A stretch of 64,000 nt of DNA from Convolutriloba macropyga (GCF_964194025.1 NC_134469.1:47430001-47494000); one strand, 5' to 3'. Positions 25,463 through 40,849 are shown, counted from the first letter of the stretch. Made by a program: numbers and translations. Notes: generated by a model not told the origin, from the letters alone.

Positions 25463-28400
25463 ACATAGCTGGCAGATTGCCAGAAAATAGCCGCAATAGA
25501 TTCGTAGATCGGCAGTCTGAAAAAAACAGTAAAACAGACAGATTAAAAAAATTCGTCTTTTCATTGAAGGCTGATCTGTTATATTTTGATTAAAAATCTG
25601 TATAAGTTATTGCTACCTCTATTAGCTGATCTCAAATAACCCGCATTTAGAGTGACACACACCCATTTGACCTTATCTCTTTGAATTGAAGTAAATAAAA
25701 GTCAATTTCAAAGTGAGGAAGTCATTTTTGAGAGTGAGGTAAGTCAAGTGTGATCAAAAATTTAATCACGCGCATGAACAAATAAACTCGCTCCACTCAG
25801 AGCGAAAAATGACGTCACACATGCAATTCAGTTGAAATTGCATGAACGAATGAACAAAAAATGGCTGTGACGTCATATGGTCGTAACAAAAATCATGACG
25901 ACGAAATAAAAAAACATAGCAGGACAAGTCCTGACGTACAATTCAAAGAATTTTCATTGACTTAACAAACAACTAGACCTAGAAAGGACAATGAATGAAT
26001 TGGGAAAACTATTTCTAAAAAAATCAGATGAAAAAAAAACAAAAAAAAACCAGAACATCAATGTCAAAATGCTGCTAGGGAGAACAAAAAACCACTAGTG
26101 AGATATGTAATTTTGATTCTAACAAAAAATTAGGTCCAGAGTGAGCTGTGAATGGATTGGGAAAACTATTTAGAAAAAAATCCGATCCAAAAAATCAAAA
26201 AAACAGTAAAAATCAGAGTGAAATTGCCGCATGTGAACAAAAAACCACTACCGAAAAACCGAATTTTTGTTCAAACACCGTTTTCTCACTCTACTTTAAA
26301 ATTAGAGCGAAAAAAATTCACGCCGCAAAACCACTCGCTTTTTCGCTCCATTTCCTGTTTCGGCGTGACCAAAATCACCACTCCAATTTGACTTCAAAAA
26401 TCATGAAAATGTGTGAACAGATCTTAAAAAAAAAAACATAGCCGGAAGAATTCCGGAAGCGACTCGAAACCGCAAAACCTCACAAACAAAATCCTAATTG
26501 CAGCTGAAGCAATTACCATTTGAATTCAACCATTAACTCATTACCTCCCCTGGTCTGATTTAAAAATTGGTGAAACTTAAACCACTGTCACCAAGAAAAA
26601 AATGCAGCAAAATTTTATATTGTTGAAAATGTTTGATAACGTTAAAAAATCCGAAATAGATAAGCAGGTCAAAATACTGATGGCCTAAAACAGCTGAAAG
26701 GGCTATCAATTGCCCTCAAATAATTCATGATTCTGATCTCAAAAAGATCAGAAAAGCAAACGGTAGATAACAATCTTAGAAACTAAGTTAAATCTTTTTT
26801 TTAAAAAAAGAATACTCAAATTTAAGAATCAGAAAACCACTATAATTACAGTTCTAATCACTGCAATTAAAACAAAAAACGGCACATACTTCTCCCTTGT
26901 TCTGCATATGCTAGACAACATGATTTAAAACTAATTCAAAAATTAAAATAATCGTAGAAAAGACAAGCAGCAGAAAAATGTTCAAAGGCAAAAAATCGTT
27001 TAAATTAACACCAAGGCCGGAAGGAAGTTGCAGTAGATAGTATTAGGTAGAGCTTTTGGAAAAAGCTGGCTAGCAAACTCTCAGTACTGCCTTGTCTTGA
27101 ATGAAATCAATTGCAAACAAAGAAAGGACGAAAATCTAAGAAAATGCTGAAATCATTCAATTTTTTAACAACTGAAACAACCAAAAATAAATGTGCCATA
27201 AAGAGCTGCCAGGACAAAAATAAAATGATACTAACTAGAATGATAAGAACATGGACACAATATGAGGAACACCGTAATAAAAACAGATTCTTGATTTTTG
27301 AAAGTCAAAAAAAAATTAAATTCAAGAAAAACGAATACATTTCATTGTTCAGCATAGAGACATAGAAAAGATAACTAGTCGTCCAATATAAAGATCTATC
27401 CTCCTGAAGTGAACAAAAAAATAAGAAAAACCAGATATCAAACATACGAAACATTAAATATTTTACAGAAAAAGGTCAAAAAAACTTTTAATACTGCTTT
27501 CATGAAAAATGGAAGCTGAAAAAATCAATATACCGAAAATAAAAATAGGTGCCAGGACAAAGCTAGAATGATACTAACTAGAATTTTAAGAATATGGGCA
27601 CAATGTAAGGAACACCGTAACAAAAAAGCATTTTTGTTTTTAAAAATCAAATTAAAAAATCAAGAAAAACAAATACAGTTCACTGCTCAACATTCGAGAC
27701 CTAGAAAAGATAACTAGTCATCCGATACAAAAATCTATCCTCCTGAAGAGAACAAAAAAATAGGAAAAAGTAGAACTCAAAAATATAAAACATTGAAACA
27801 TTTTGCAAAAAAAAATATCAAAAAACTTTTAAGACTGCATTTGCAGCTTCACCTGTTTTTCAAAAACTGAACTCCAAAAAATGATTGAATTTTTATTAAA
27901 ACGCAATTAAGGTCCCTCATGTTGCACAAAAAGACTATTTCTAGTAATTACAATCAAAATACAAACAAAAAACTGACAAAAATCGGGAAAAAACTACCAA
28001 AATCGGATTAGCATATGTACAATTTTATAAAACAAAAATACACCGAGGTAGAGAGAGGTGTTAAGTATATGAATTATCAAAGGGAAGTTGCCAAATGAAC
28101 TCATTTTTGACAAAAAGACGGTTAAAAGATCTAAGAATGAAGAAATTAATAGAAAAAAGTCAAAAATTAACTAAAAAATCAAAAAATATGTGCCAATTTT
28201 CAAATTGAAACCCATATTCAGGCTCTGCAAAACACTGTGGCATCAATCTCCGATGTTGGCATTTCAATATAGTATCGAATAAAAATTATTTCTACAAAAA
28301 ACCAAATTACAAGCAAAAAAAATTGGCCACTTAGACGAAAAAACGGCTAAAAACGGTTATCTATATATGCCATTCAGTCAAAAACTACTTTTCAAAGTCA

Positions 28401-28668
28401 AAAAGTCATTCACTAAACGCAGCGCATGATCAAAAAACTTCTCTCGCTTAGCGAAAATTTGTTCACCAAGACAGCTTTTCTCACTTTCGCTTTTAGGTCA
28501 AAATGCCGCGTGAACAAATCTACTTCCTGTAAAAAAAAAACCGAGAGAAAACCAATACTCCTCTTCGAGTCGTAAAAAGACAGCGCCCCAATACAATTCA
28601 AATTCTTTGAATTGTAAAAAAACCAAGAGAAGGCCAATAATAGCCCCAGCTATCGCTGTGCGGCTATT
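25463..28668 (-). mobile_element. Best-preserved triple nest: A[25463-28668] containing C[25914-28615] containing B[26436-28573]
   Basis: Three ACATAGC-hairpin ends at 25463, 25914, 26436; their partner ends are stacked in reverse order ending at 28573, 28615, 28668. B interior has a ~340-nt tandem repeat (27208/27551). Confidence 0.85.
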
Positions 28669-28968
28669 AAAAATGAAACGACAAATGGGAATCGTTTCCT
28701 CGCCGCCGCCGGTAGAATATGATCATTTACAACGGATATTTCACACTTAATGGTAGAGATAAATTGTCCCACTTCCTACTGGGTCAAACAAACCATTATA
28801 AATGCAAAAGAGCCAACCATTTGTTCACATAGCTTAATTAATGAAAAAAACTAATTTTGAACACGAGGGAAAGGAAACAGATCCCATGGAGGTTTTCCAG
28901 AGGAACTCTGGCAGTGTTATTTCTTCAGAACTGCTGAGGTCATATTGCCACCATCTGTACTTGACAGA

Positions 28969-29499
<531 letters not shown>

Positions 29500-29559
29500 C
29501 TATTGAGAATAATAAAGGGTGGCTTTAAAGTTAATGTGCCTCTTGTAAACAGTCCAAAA

Positions 29560-32500
29560 ACGGCTGACAGACTGCCAGAAAATAGCCACGATAGCTCTAG
29601 ATCTGAGTCTCAAAAAAATAACAAAAAACAGATCAAACAAGAAAAATTAATTGTTGAAATGTTATATTTGATAACAAATATGTAAAACTTATTAATGCTT
29701 ATATTAGCGGCACTGAAATAACCTTCAATTAGATGACATACACTCTTGAAATAAAGAACTGAAAAGATATTTTGAAAGAGGAAAGTCGTTTTTGAAAACT
29801 AGGTAAGTCACGAGTGACCAAAAACTTACTCACGCGAATCAACAAACAGAACCCCCCCCCCAATAAAAAATATACCACTATAATCCCTAGTAAAATTTTG
29901 GCGACTTTTCGTTTCACTTTTAGCAGAGAACTGCCGCCACTTGAAATCAGCTGCTGGCACTTACTGAGAAAATTACAGCGCACAAAACGAAAAAGTAGAG
30001 GTCAAAGTGACTACTCGAGAAATCAAAACGGCCGAGCGAAATTTTTCCATTAACGACCCACACATTTACAATAATTGCTTTAAACTTCTTTCGAGAGCAA
30101 TTAAAAATCTGAAACTCGAGAAAAGGGAAAACAAATCATTTTTCCGCACGTGAACAAAAAACCACCCGCGATGAACCAAACTTTCATTCCAACATCTTTT
30201 CTTACTTTACTTTGAGTAATAAAATTTAACGCCCCAAAATCCGAAATCATAACTTCAATTTGACTTCAAAAAACGAAAAAAAACATGTGAACCAAAAAGA
30301 CAGCCCCACAATACATATCAAACTCTCTATATTTTAAAAACGAAGAGAAGGCCAATAAAAGCTACTTCTTTTAGTTGCTGTATAATAAACTTTAGCGCGA
30401 CACACTCAATTTAACTTTTCTTGAATTAAAATAAAGAAAAATTATTTCGATACAGAGGAAAGCCGTTTTTGAGAATGACTCAATGTTCGTGAGCTCACGC
30501 TAATGAACTAGAAGCTCACCCCAAATAAGAGCGAAAAATGACGCCACGCTGGCAGCTCAGTCAAAACTGTATGAAAGAATGAAGAAGATTAGAATTGAAC
30601 GTGAGGTCAAATGATAGTAAAAAATATTTGTAAAAAACATTGACGACGGCATGAAAACAGCCAAAAGACTCTTGAACCGACTCGGATTAGATATTCAATC
30701 AATAAGGCACCAGCCAACGACTCGCTAAACCACAAGTTCCTGTAATCATTTATAATTAACATTTTGAAACAAAACCAATAAAAATATCAGGAGAAACCAA
30801 ATCCGATAAAATATGATTTAAAAAGCTAGTAAAATATCACCATAAGTTGCCACACCAAAACAAATAGTGGCAAAATGCAGTTAAAAAGTTGTCATTCAAA
30901 AAACGATTACCAATTGAAAGCAAACTAAAAAAAACAACACACACGGAGAAAATCAGGAAATAAAACAAAAAATTATTGACAAAATTACCTACAAAATTCT
31001 GCTTTGTAACCCTTATTCTGAGTAAACTCTGACAAAACTTTCGATCGATGACCCACCCAATGCCTGCTGTCAGAGGCATCCTAACCAACAATTAACATAA
31101 CCGATTAACGTCGAGCGAATTGCTCTCAAAATAACAACGAGCGGTTGGCTTTGTCAGTAGCTAGCCACGGTTTAGTGAGGCTAGCTTTAGCTTGATTCGA
31201 CTTTGCAACTTTTAAGTTTTCTAGCCTTAATAGAAAATAAATCAAATAAAAGAACTGATATTATAAAAAGTTGCAATATTGCATAATTTAAAAGAAACGC
31301 TTCCAGATTTCGCAGGAAGATGTTCAAAACTAACGTTTATCTCTGGAGTTGTGTCAAATAACTTATCTGCAAGACTTGAAAAGCTTCGTTGGCCAGTAAT
31401 GATCGCTTAACTCAGAAAAGGACAAAAATATTCAAAAAATTTTGAAAACAATAGCAAACTTTAACAAAATCTTGCTAAAATTCAGGACATTAAAACCGTC
31501 AAAACCATTTCATTGTCTCAAGAGACTATCCAGTATTCCTATAAGCTTTAAACAGTTTCACTGGCTCATAAAGATCCATAAACTTCGAACATGACAATAA
31601 TTTTCTGAAAATTCGAAAATTAAATTGTATCAGAAAATTGCTAAAAGTGGTGTCAATAAAATAATAATAAACATTCCATTAACCCTAGAAACTGTGCAAC
31701 AGCTTATCATCAAGCCTTGGAGGAGGTCCCTAGGACCCTGGTGCCGAAAAAAGAAGATTCAAAAAACTTAAAAATTGACAAATACTTGCAGATTGCTGAT
31801 GTTAAAATCTTCAAAAACATTCCATTACATCTAGAAGTTATGCAGTAACAAATTATCCAACCCTAGAGGAGGTTATTTGGCTCTTGAGGCTAGAAAAACC
31901 TAAAAAAAACGATAAGAAATTTCGAAATGCAAGTTGCATAAAAAACTGCTAAAATTTTTGATAAAAAAATGAAAATGAATCCATGGCCAACATTTTCCAG
32001 TAACTTATTATCAAACCCTAACTGAGATTTTCTGTTAGGCTGAAAAACCCGAATAATGACAATAAATATCAAAAAAATAAAATTGCAAGTTGTAAAAAAA
32101 ATGCTAAAATTCGTGGTGTTGAAATCGTGAAAAACATTCCATTACATTTAGAAACGAGACAATAGCCTATTCCCAAACCCTAGAGGAGGTTCCTCGGCTC
32201 TTGAGGCTGGAGAAATCTAAAAAGACAAAAATTATCAAAAAAAATTGAAAAATGCAAGTTTTGTAAAAAATTGTTAAAATTTTTCATAATAAAAAAAAAA
32301 GATATTCAATGGCAAACAAAATTTTTTCAGTAAATTATTATCAAACCCCAAGGGACGTTTTCTGGCCCCAAAATATTCGAAAAATTTGCACGTTTTGTCA
32401 ATAAAATTCTAAAATTCGTGACGTAAAATGTTGAAACCATTCCCCTAACACTAGAAACTATGCAGTAACCTATTACAAAACCCGAAAGGAAGTTCTTTGA

Positions 32501-34690
32501 TTTTTTTAACAGCTAGGGCTGAAAAACTCAAAAATTGACGAAAATTGTCAAAAAGCTTGAAAAAAAATTGTGAATAGTATATAATTGCGTGTTTTTAGCG
32601 ATCGGTTGTTTGTCAGTAGACACGGGGTGAGGGAGGGGGGTACCGGGGGGCTGATGTTGAGGGAGGGGGTGGGAAACTGGGATGGGGGGACAACAGCGTG
32701 GTAGTGGGAGGGGGTGGGGGCAAAAGTGGGGGAGGGGGGTCAGCAATGGGGGTGGGGTGTCTTCAACCTCTAAAAACCGCCCTTCACATCATAGAGCTGA
32801 AAGGCTCCAAGAGCACTTAATGCCCACTGGACGCTATCGGCTATCCCGTTTTTGAGGACAAAAAGTTAAAAGCGTCAGACGAAAAATCGGTCAAGCGATA
32901 AATCGCATAAAAGATCGACAGGACTATAATTGCTACAAATTTCGTTTGAGAGCAATTAAAAAACGCGAAGAACAAACTGAAAAAACAAACGTATAACGTA
33001 TTAATTACATAAAGTGCACTATATAACCTTGAAACCCTACCTCTTCGTAACAACCCCATTAAACAGCTCTTGATTAACGATTAAACATGAAAGTACAATT
33101 GCAAAAAGCTCAAAATTAGAAGAAAAAGGCAAAAATTCTTTAATAAAACAGACAAAAACGAAAAAAGAATGATCAAAGTTACTCCATTATTTTAAACAAA
33201 CACAATTCAAAATTGAATATCAACAAAATCAATCGATAACCAAAAACACTAACTAAACTCAACCAAAGAAAGACCCCAATTGCTATCTTGAAAATTGAAG
33301 ATCTCAAAAATTGCTCAAAAGATCATCGAAAAGTCTAACCGTTTCCACAGATGGTCAAAAAAGGCTTCCAAAGTTGCAATTAAAAACCAAAAAACAGAGA
33401 AAACTTTGGCTGAAAAGCTGGAGATTAAACTAAAAACCGCTTTGAAACAGCCGCAAGTGATCAAAAATATCGCTCGCTTAGCCAAACCTGTTCCACGCTT
33501 CCTTTTCTTGGTCTCTCATAGGAAACTGCATGAACAAAAACACTCTCTTTCGCTGTGCTTTGACTATCGTTCAGCAGAATGACCAAAATAATGGTTTTCA
33601 CGTGCAGCACTTCGCATCCTAAGAAAAGAAGTCACCGATTAAAAAGACATTGCCGGAAGAATTCCCAAAACAAATCGAAATTGTCTTCTGCGAAAAAACA
33701 AGCATTAACAATAACTACTACCTACTGGCACAAATTATCAAAGCGGAGAAAATAAAAGCAATCAGTCAAAAAACAAAAGAAAAATTGGCCAAAAAGTAAT
33801 TTAGCCTATGAAATTATAAAAATTCAGTTATTTTTCACATACTACAAGTCGAAATCGTCTTCAATGAAAAAACGTGCGTTTAGAATAACTACACTGGCAC
33901 AAATTATCAAAGCGGAGAAAAAATTCAGTCAAAAAACAAAAGAAAAATAGGCCAAGTAATTTAGCCCGAAATTATAAAAATTGAATTATTTTTTACACAC
34001 TACCAGTACCTATCCAAAAAAAACTTTGCATGCAATCGACTATTAAATGTCCCCCACAATATAGGCAAGCATTCAAAATTTTACAAACATTTCTTTTTGA
34101 AAAAAACTAAGAAACGGAGAAAGAAATTTCTCAAATTTTCAGTCAAATTTCTTAGAAACAAACTGCTTTATACCAAAAGAACTTACTTGTATTCGTATTA
34201 AAAAACTGCTTGGAATAATTATAAAATGAGCAAAACTGCGTGGAATATGAAATGAGCAAAATAGCGCTAAAATAGCCCAAAAATCCGTAAAATAGTAGAA
34301 AAACCTTCAAATTAGCGTATAACTCCCTTTAATTACCAAAAAATTTCACTACGCTATCAAAACAGCCTGGATACTCTTAAATTAGCCTACAATAACTTTG
34401 CAGAAAAAAACTTGAAAAAGCGTGAAAAACAGCACGTGAACAAAAAAATTTTGCTCGCTAGCGAACTTTATTTTAAACCTGCATTTTCTCTCTGTTTCAG
34501 AAGGTATGCACAAAAAGGCAGCTCTTTTTTCAGCTCTTTGAAATTGGTCACCGAAACAACTTTTTCAAACTTTATTCACTCAATGAACTTCCGGTTTCTG
34601 TGCTCGTTCACACAAAAGAACAGAAAACCATTAACGCCTCTTCGGGTCGTGAAAAACAAAGATAAGCCCCAGCTATCACTCTGCGACCAA
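29560..34690 (-). mobile_element. Older composite of A/C/D/B Helentron-like elements filling RUVBL1 intron 3, including D[31095-32957] and B[33647-34650]
   Basis: Degenerate A end at 29560, D-type end hairpin ~30073-30102, C/A partner ends ~30300-30365, D subTIR AATTGCTCTCAAA/TTTGAGAGCAATT, B end CCGGAAGAATTCC and TTCGGGTCGT, A-type end CCCCAGCTATCACTCTGCGACC. Confidence 0.62.
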
Positions 34691-35022
34691 TAAATCAGTT
34701 AGTCGTTGCGTTAACTCATCGAAATATTGTCGGAATATTCTGTATGACCGCTGTAAAATCACATTGGGACAGAGTTCAAGACAGAACCTCCACACTTGAT
34801 TGCAATAAACTTTAATTTTATTCTTCTTTTATTCTATTTTCGTACTTTAAAGCATAGAGAACAGCAAAATTTTGCGAGCTTCATCACTATCATTTATCAT
34901 GTAGTTAAGTTACAAGCGCTTGATCGTTGAATAACTTCATACAAGGTTATGCTTAACAGCAGTTTCACACTTTCAACAATGTTAGGAAACCCGGTGTATG
35001 GCAATAATGATCATAAGTTTCA

Positions 35023-35304
<282 letters not shown>

Positions 35305-35758
35305 CTACTTCTACTTCCATAATTCTTTGATTAGAAGAAAACCTAATTGCCTTGTTAAAACAACCGGCAACTTGACGCACCAAAGCCGCTGAACAGGCTA
35401 CGTAAACCTCTATTTAAAAGAGATAATTGAGAATATAGATAAAGGACGTGCTGGGCAAAAAAGCGCAAATCGAAACTTTAATCACTCATTTTTTCATATC
35501 GAATTAATCGCATTAAATGAGATGAAGTCGTATATTACTATGGTGCTGGTGACCTGACCACTATTAACCTCTTTAAATTGAAGAACCTATGAGTAATTTG
35601 CTTTAGATACTAACCTAACATATACTAAACATATAATCACACGATTCACCTATAGTCATGCTAAGAGAGAAGCAAAAAAGGTCACGCCGGTGTAGGAAAA
35701 AAACCTCACAGAAAAAAAACCCGCGTAATTTTAGAAAGGAAATAAACCCCAACGGAAA

Positions 35759-36280
35759 ACATAGCCGGCAGATTGCCGGAATAGCTGCGAATGAATAGAC
35801 CTGCGTGCCATATAATAGAGATAGAAACAGATACAGATCTAAATTAAAAAAAAATCGACGCCGCTCAAAAAACTAGGCTAAAAAACATTCAGCGACAAAT
35901 TAATAAAGCTTGTTAAAATTCATTCCACAGAAGCCTCTTATTAGGGACCTTTACTGCACATATGAGTTCCTTTGACCTTAAACAAATTCAAATTAAACTT
36001 AAGTTTTAAAGTGCAAAAACCATTTTATTGAGTGAGGTAAGTCACGTATGATCAAAATCTAATCACGCAAATAACCTAAAACCTTTCGCTAAAGCGAGTG
36101 AGAAATGACGTCACGCGCGCAAATGCCGTTAGTGAGAGGAAGAAGTCATTCAGAAAATTTGACTTTTTCAGCTTTGCTGTGTGAACAAATGTAAAACGAA
36201 AAAAGAGCGTCAGACGACGAAACAAAAGAAACCAAGAGCACCGCAATATAGCTACGCTCAGCTTACAGCTTCGCAGCTAT
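35759..36280 (-). mobile_element. Stand-alone (empty) family A Helentron-like element, ~520 bp
   Basis: ACATAGCCGGCA-GAT-TGCCGG hairpin; subTIR ATAGCTGCGAA/TTCGCAGCTAT; GACGACGAAACAAAAGAAACCAAGAG (36213-36238) is the uninterrupted site where C or B sits in other copies. Confidence 0.78.
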
Positions 36281-36411
36281 AATAAAACCCCATTTTAAAC
36301 TTTAATTTTTGTCGTGATAATTTGTTCAATTGCGATAGTTTCATATCAAGTCTCACTGACCGCCAAGGCATGGCCATGACCCACGAGGTATGACCAAACG
36401 CGCAGCTAGTT

Positions 36412-38407
36412 AAAAGTCAAGTGGGGGTTTATTGCCTATCTAAAATTAAGTTGGTTTTCCCAGAAACCGGGTCCCGCACAGAGGCTGCAGGAAGAAATTG
36501 TTGTTTGACGTCTTGATGCCTGATAAAAATTGTCGCAAAAATTGACGCAGATGCCGGAAAAAACGGACACACCCCGGTCACAACCAAGAAAATAAACCAT
36601 AATCCACTTTGCACACCCACAACAAATTTCATCATTCTAAAATATGTTGAACGCAGCTCAGCTCGTACGGAAAAAAATCACAAACCACGCAAGTAATAAA
36701 TATAGCCGTCATATTTCCGGAAACAGTCCCAAAATAGACCGTTTCGGCCTATAAAAAAATGCGTAGCGAGACAAGTCCCGCCGCATCTTAATCCAAAGAA
36801 AATAATTAAATGATGACCTGAACTCAAAAAATTTTTAGCAACCTCAAACTTCTTCAGTCAACCAAACATATGACTTTGCATGAGCAAAATTAAAAATTGA
36901 TAACGATTTTAAAATAACTATTTTTCCGAAAACTAGTGTCATAGGAATCATCAAACATAGAGTACCGTCGGGCAAATTGCTGTCAAACGACCGGCGAGCG
37001 GTTGGCTTCGTCAGCAGCTAGCCACGGTTTAGTGAGGCTAGCATTAGCTCAATTGAAGGGGCGTGAGGTGAGCGCAGTGGGGGGATGCACCGGGGGGGGG
37101 GGGGTTGACGGGGGTCAACAGTGCGGAGGGGGGGGGGGGGTTTAACGTTGGTAGGGGAGTCTTTCGCTGCACTGGCCCTTAAGGGCTGAACGATGTGCAG
37201 GGGTGGGGATTGGAGGGGATTAAATGAGGGGGTGATGCTGATGTATAGGGGGTCAACCTCTAAGAACCGCCTTTCACACCAGAAGTATAAGTCTCAGAAG
37301 TAGAAGTTTCTGTGAATCGCATACTTGGAGACTAGTTAGCTGAAAGGCTATAAGAGAACGTAATGCCCGCCGGGCGCTAACTGTTTATCCAATTTTTGAG
37401 GACGAAAAGTCAAGTGGGGGTTTATTGCCTATCTAAAATTAAGTGGGTTTTCCCAGAAACCGGGTCCCGCACAGAGGCTGCAGGAAGAAATTGTTGTTTG
37501 ACGTCTTGATGCCTGATAAAAATTGTCGCAAAAATTGACGCAGATGCCGGAAAAAACGGACACACCCCGGTCACAACCAAGAAAATAAACCATAATCCAC
37601 TTTGCACACCCACAACAAATTTCATCATTCTAAAATATGTTGAACGCAGCTCAGCTCGTACGGAAAAAAATCACAAACCACGCAAGTAATGAATATAGCC
37701 GTCATATTTCCGGAAACAGTCCCAAAATAGACCGTTTTTGGCCTATAAAAAAATGCGTAGCGAGACAAGTCCCGCCGCATCTTAATCCAAAGAAAATAAT
37801 TAAATGATGACCTGAACTCAAAAAATTTTTAGCAACCTCAAACTTCTTCAGTCAACCAAGCATATGACTTTGCATGAGCAAAATTAAAAATTGATAACGA
37901 TTTTAAAATAACTATTTTTCCGAAAACTAGTGTCATAGGAATCATCAAACATAGAGTACCGTCGGGCGAATTGCTGTCAAACGACCGGCGAGCGGTTGGC
38001 TTCGTCAGCAGCTAGCCACGGTTTAGTGAGGCTAGCATTAGCTCAATTGAAGGGGCGTGAGGTGAGCGCAGTGGGGGGATGCACCGGGGGGGGGGGGGGG
38101 GTTGACGGGGGTCAACAGTGCGGAGGGGGGGGGGGTTAACGTTGGTAGGGGAGTCTTTCGCTGCACTGGCCCTTAAGGGCTGAACGATGTGCAGGGGTGG
38201 GGATTGGAGGGGATTAAATGAGGGGGTGATGCTGATGTATAGGGGGTCAACCTCTAAGAACCGCCTTTCACACCAGAAGTATAAGTCTCAGAAGTAGAAG
38301 TTTCTGTGAATCGCATACTTGGAGACTAGTTAGCTGAAAGGCTATAAGAGAACGTAATGCCCGCCGGGCGCTAACTGTTTATCCAATTTTTGAGGACGAA
38401 AAGTCAA
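36412..38407. repeat. Near-identical tandem duplication, 993/994-bp unit, carrying family D copies (36955-, 37949-38500)
   Basis: Twin ORFs 36429/37422; AAAAGTCAA occurs at 36412, 37405 and 38399. Confidence 0.93.
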
Positions 38408-38634
38408 ATGGGTCAGACGAAAGATCGGCCAGGCCAAAAATCGCATGAAAACGAAAAACAGGACTACTATAATTGCTACAAACTTCATTTGAGACCAATT
38501 AACAATAACAACAAATTTAATATTTATTGACACTACGCATCCTAAGATTATACACACTAGATGATTAATTGATAAGACGATAAAAGGAAGAACCAATACA
38601 GGCAACCTTTAAAACTTGCTAATGTTTTTCGAAA

Positions 38635-39028
38635 ACATACAAACCGACTAATGTCAGATGAATTCTCTCGAACGACAGGCTAGCAATTCAATTTAGGGGT
38701 GTGGCTGAGAATTTTATTGGGTGCAAAAACTCGGACTTGATAGGGTTTCCAACCCGCAACCTCCTGGATAGCAGTCAAATATCTTCACCACCAGGCCACA
38801 ACCACGTCGTTAATCAACCGCTAACAATCACTTTTATATTAAAAACAAACTTCATTTCAGAATGAGAATAATTGAAATCACTCAAAATGAAGAAGTGAAG
38901 CTTGAAAATGTCACCTGAGAGGTCAAAAAATGTTATATAACAAAAGGGCAAAAATGGTCTAACCAAAATTTGCATAAAAAGACCAGCATGTTTCGAGTAA
39001 TTGCTTCCAACTTCGTTCGAGAGCAATT
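38635..39028 (-). mobile_element. Diverged family D element with a different interior
   Basis: CCGACTAATGTCAG..AATTCTCTCGAACG start and AATTGCTTCCAAC-TTC-GTTCGAGAGCAATT end (covarying CTCTCGAACG/CGTTCGAGAG). Confidence 0.65.
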
Positions 39029-40849
39029 ATAAGTGCCACAATCATGAACTTTTAACTATCAACGGGAACAATTAATTTGATTCATTAATGCCTCATTGGC
39101 AACCGATGCGAACTGTCAATAATAGGACTAAGTGATCAGACAACAAAAGTAAAAAAAAACATGGCCAAAAAATCATTGATATTTTATGTCAACAAATGGT
39201 TTCAAGCATTTACAAATAGGCCCAACTAGGACGCATTTGCGAAATTTTATAGCACTCAAGCGGAACACTGAAAACAGTCAAATTGCCGCTTGTAAAAAAT
39301 CACTGAAAAACCAAAAGTTTGTTCAAACAACATTCTCACTGTCTCGCTTCTTAGCCATTTCACTACTTTTACTACTCCAGCGTGACTTAAATCACCGATC
39401 TTAATTGACTTCTCATTGACATTAAAAAGCCGAAAAAAGAGCGAAAAGAGGAACTTAAAAAACGAGAGCTCCCCAAAGCAATCCAAATCTTTGGTATGTA
39501 AAATGAAAATTGATAACCAAATGAATTGAAATTCTTATGACAAAGTCTATCCTTGCCATCAAACCAAACTTGAAACCACTATCGTCTCAATGAATATAGC
39601 CTGACAACTTAGCTGTTTCGGTGACCTCTATTGAATTTCATTTAGCGTTTACATTCACAAATTAGATTCAATAAGAGTGCGGGAGTCATTTTCTAGAATG
39701 ACGTTAATCACATATGATCAAAATTGATCACGCGATTGAGCTCAAAACTCTTATCAAGAGAGTAACAAATGACGTCACGTACAAATTTAACGGATGAGCA
39801 ATCAAATTCATGTGGGATAAAATCGTAACAAAAATTGGAAAGACCAGGAAACTTTTTTCAGAAATTACCCTTTACACCGTGATTTTATGCCTCAACGCAG
39901 TTTCTTACAGTGACTCGCTGCAGTTACCTCCTGTACTCGAGCATTACCCAGTTTTTACCTATCATTTCCAACTACAAACCAAACAATTGATTCAAACAAT
40001 AGCTTCTACGACAAACGAAAACAGTTTAAATGACATGATAGTACTGAAAATTCATTACTAAAAAAATGAGAAAATCAAATCAAAATAACGAGCTCAAAAT
40101 TTAGATCAAAGCAACACACATACGCAAATATAAGGCAACAAGACCCAATAGTGCCCGAACCAGACCGATCCTATTATTTACAAAATCCAGCAAAACCCAA
40201 AGTATATTGCCCCAAAAATTTTGGAAAAATTTCAATGTTATGAACAGGTAGGGATAGATAGGTAGGGATAGGTTAGGTATAAATTGAGGGGGTAGAGTAA
40301 GTTAGAAAAGTAGATCGCGGATGCTTGTGGCGGTTGAGTTGTGAGTACGGGTACGTCAGCAAACAAGACTAGAGAGTGGGGTACGGACAAGCGATGGTTG
40401 GATATGCGTTCGTGGAGAGGCTTTCAAGCAAAGCGGGGTTGTGGCTCTTAAAAGGGATGAACAAAGGATATTCACTTTGAATAGTACCAGCGACACCTAA
40501 CTATTAAACAATTCATACTAAGAGTTCTCTGTGCATAATCTGAAGACAGCCGAGTTTAAGAAGTATAAATCGTAAAAACAGTAATGCAAAACATTTTAGT
40601 ACCTACTCCTTTTAAAAATAACAGTTAGAACTCTCAATTTTTTTAAAACTCATTGTGGCAGTGGTGCTGAGAGGAAGTCGCAGGAATATCGCAGAACAGG
40701 GGGTTAAAGTGCATACGGGTAGGTGGAGGTATAGCTAGATGGGGATAGCAAATAGGGGCTGAGGGTGACTCGTGACATCATTTTAAATAATTTCTATATT
40801 GCCCATAACTACTAACTATCAAGCTGGTTTGATGTTTAGGAGTCTGGAT

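Noticed and set aside
18870-26441. Recurrent ORFs with QSEIAACEQK / FTPQNHSL (18870, 23638, 26148)
   Set aside because: Chance frames in the A-rich family C interior; frames differ between copies and there is no domain signal.
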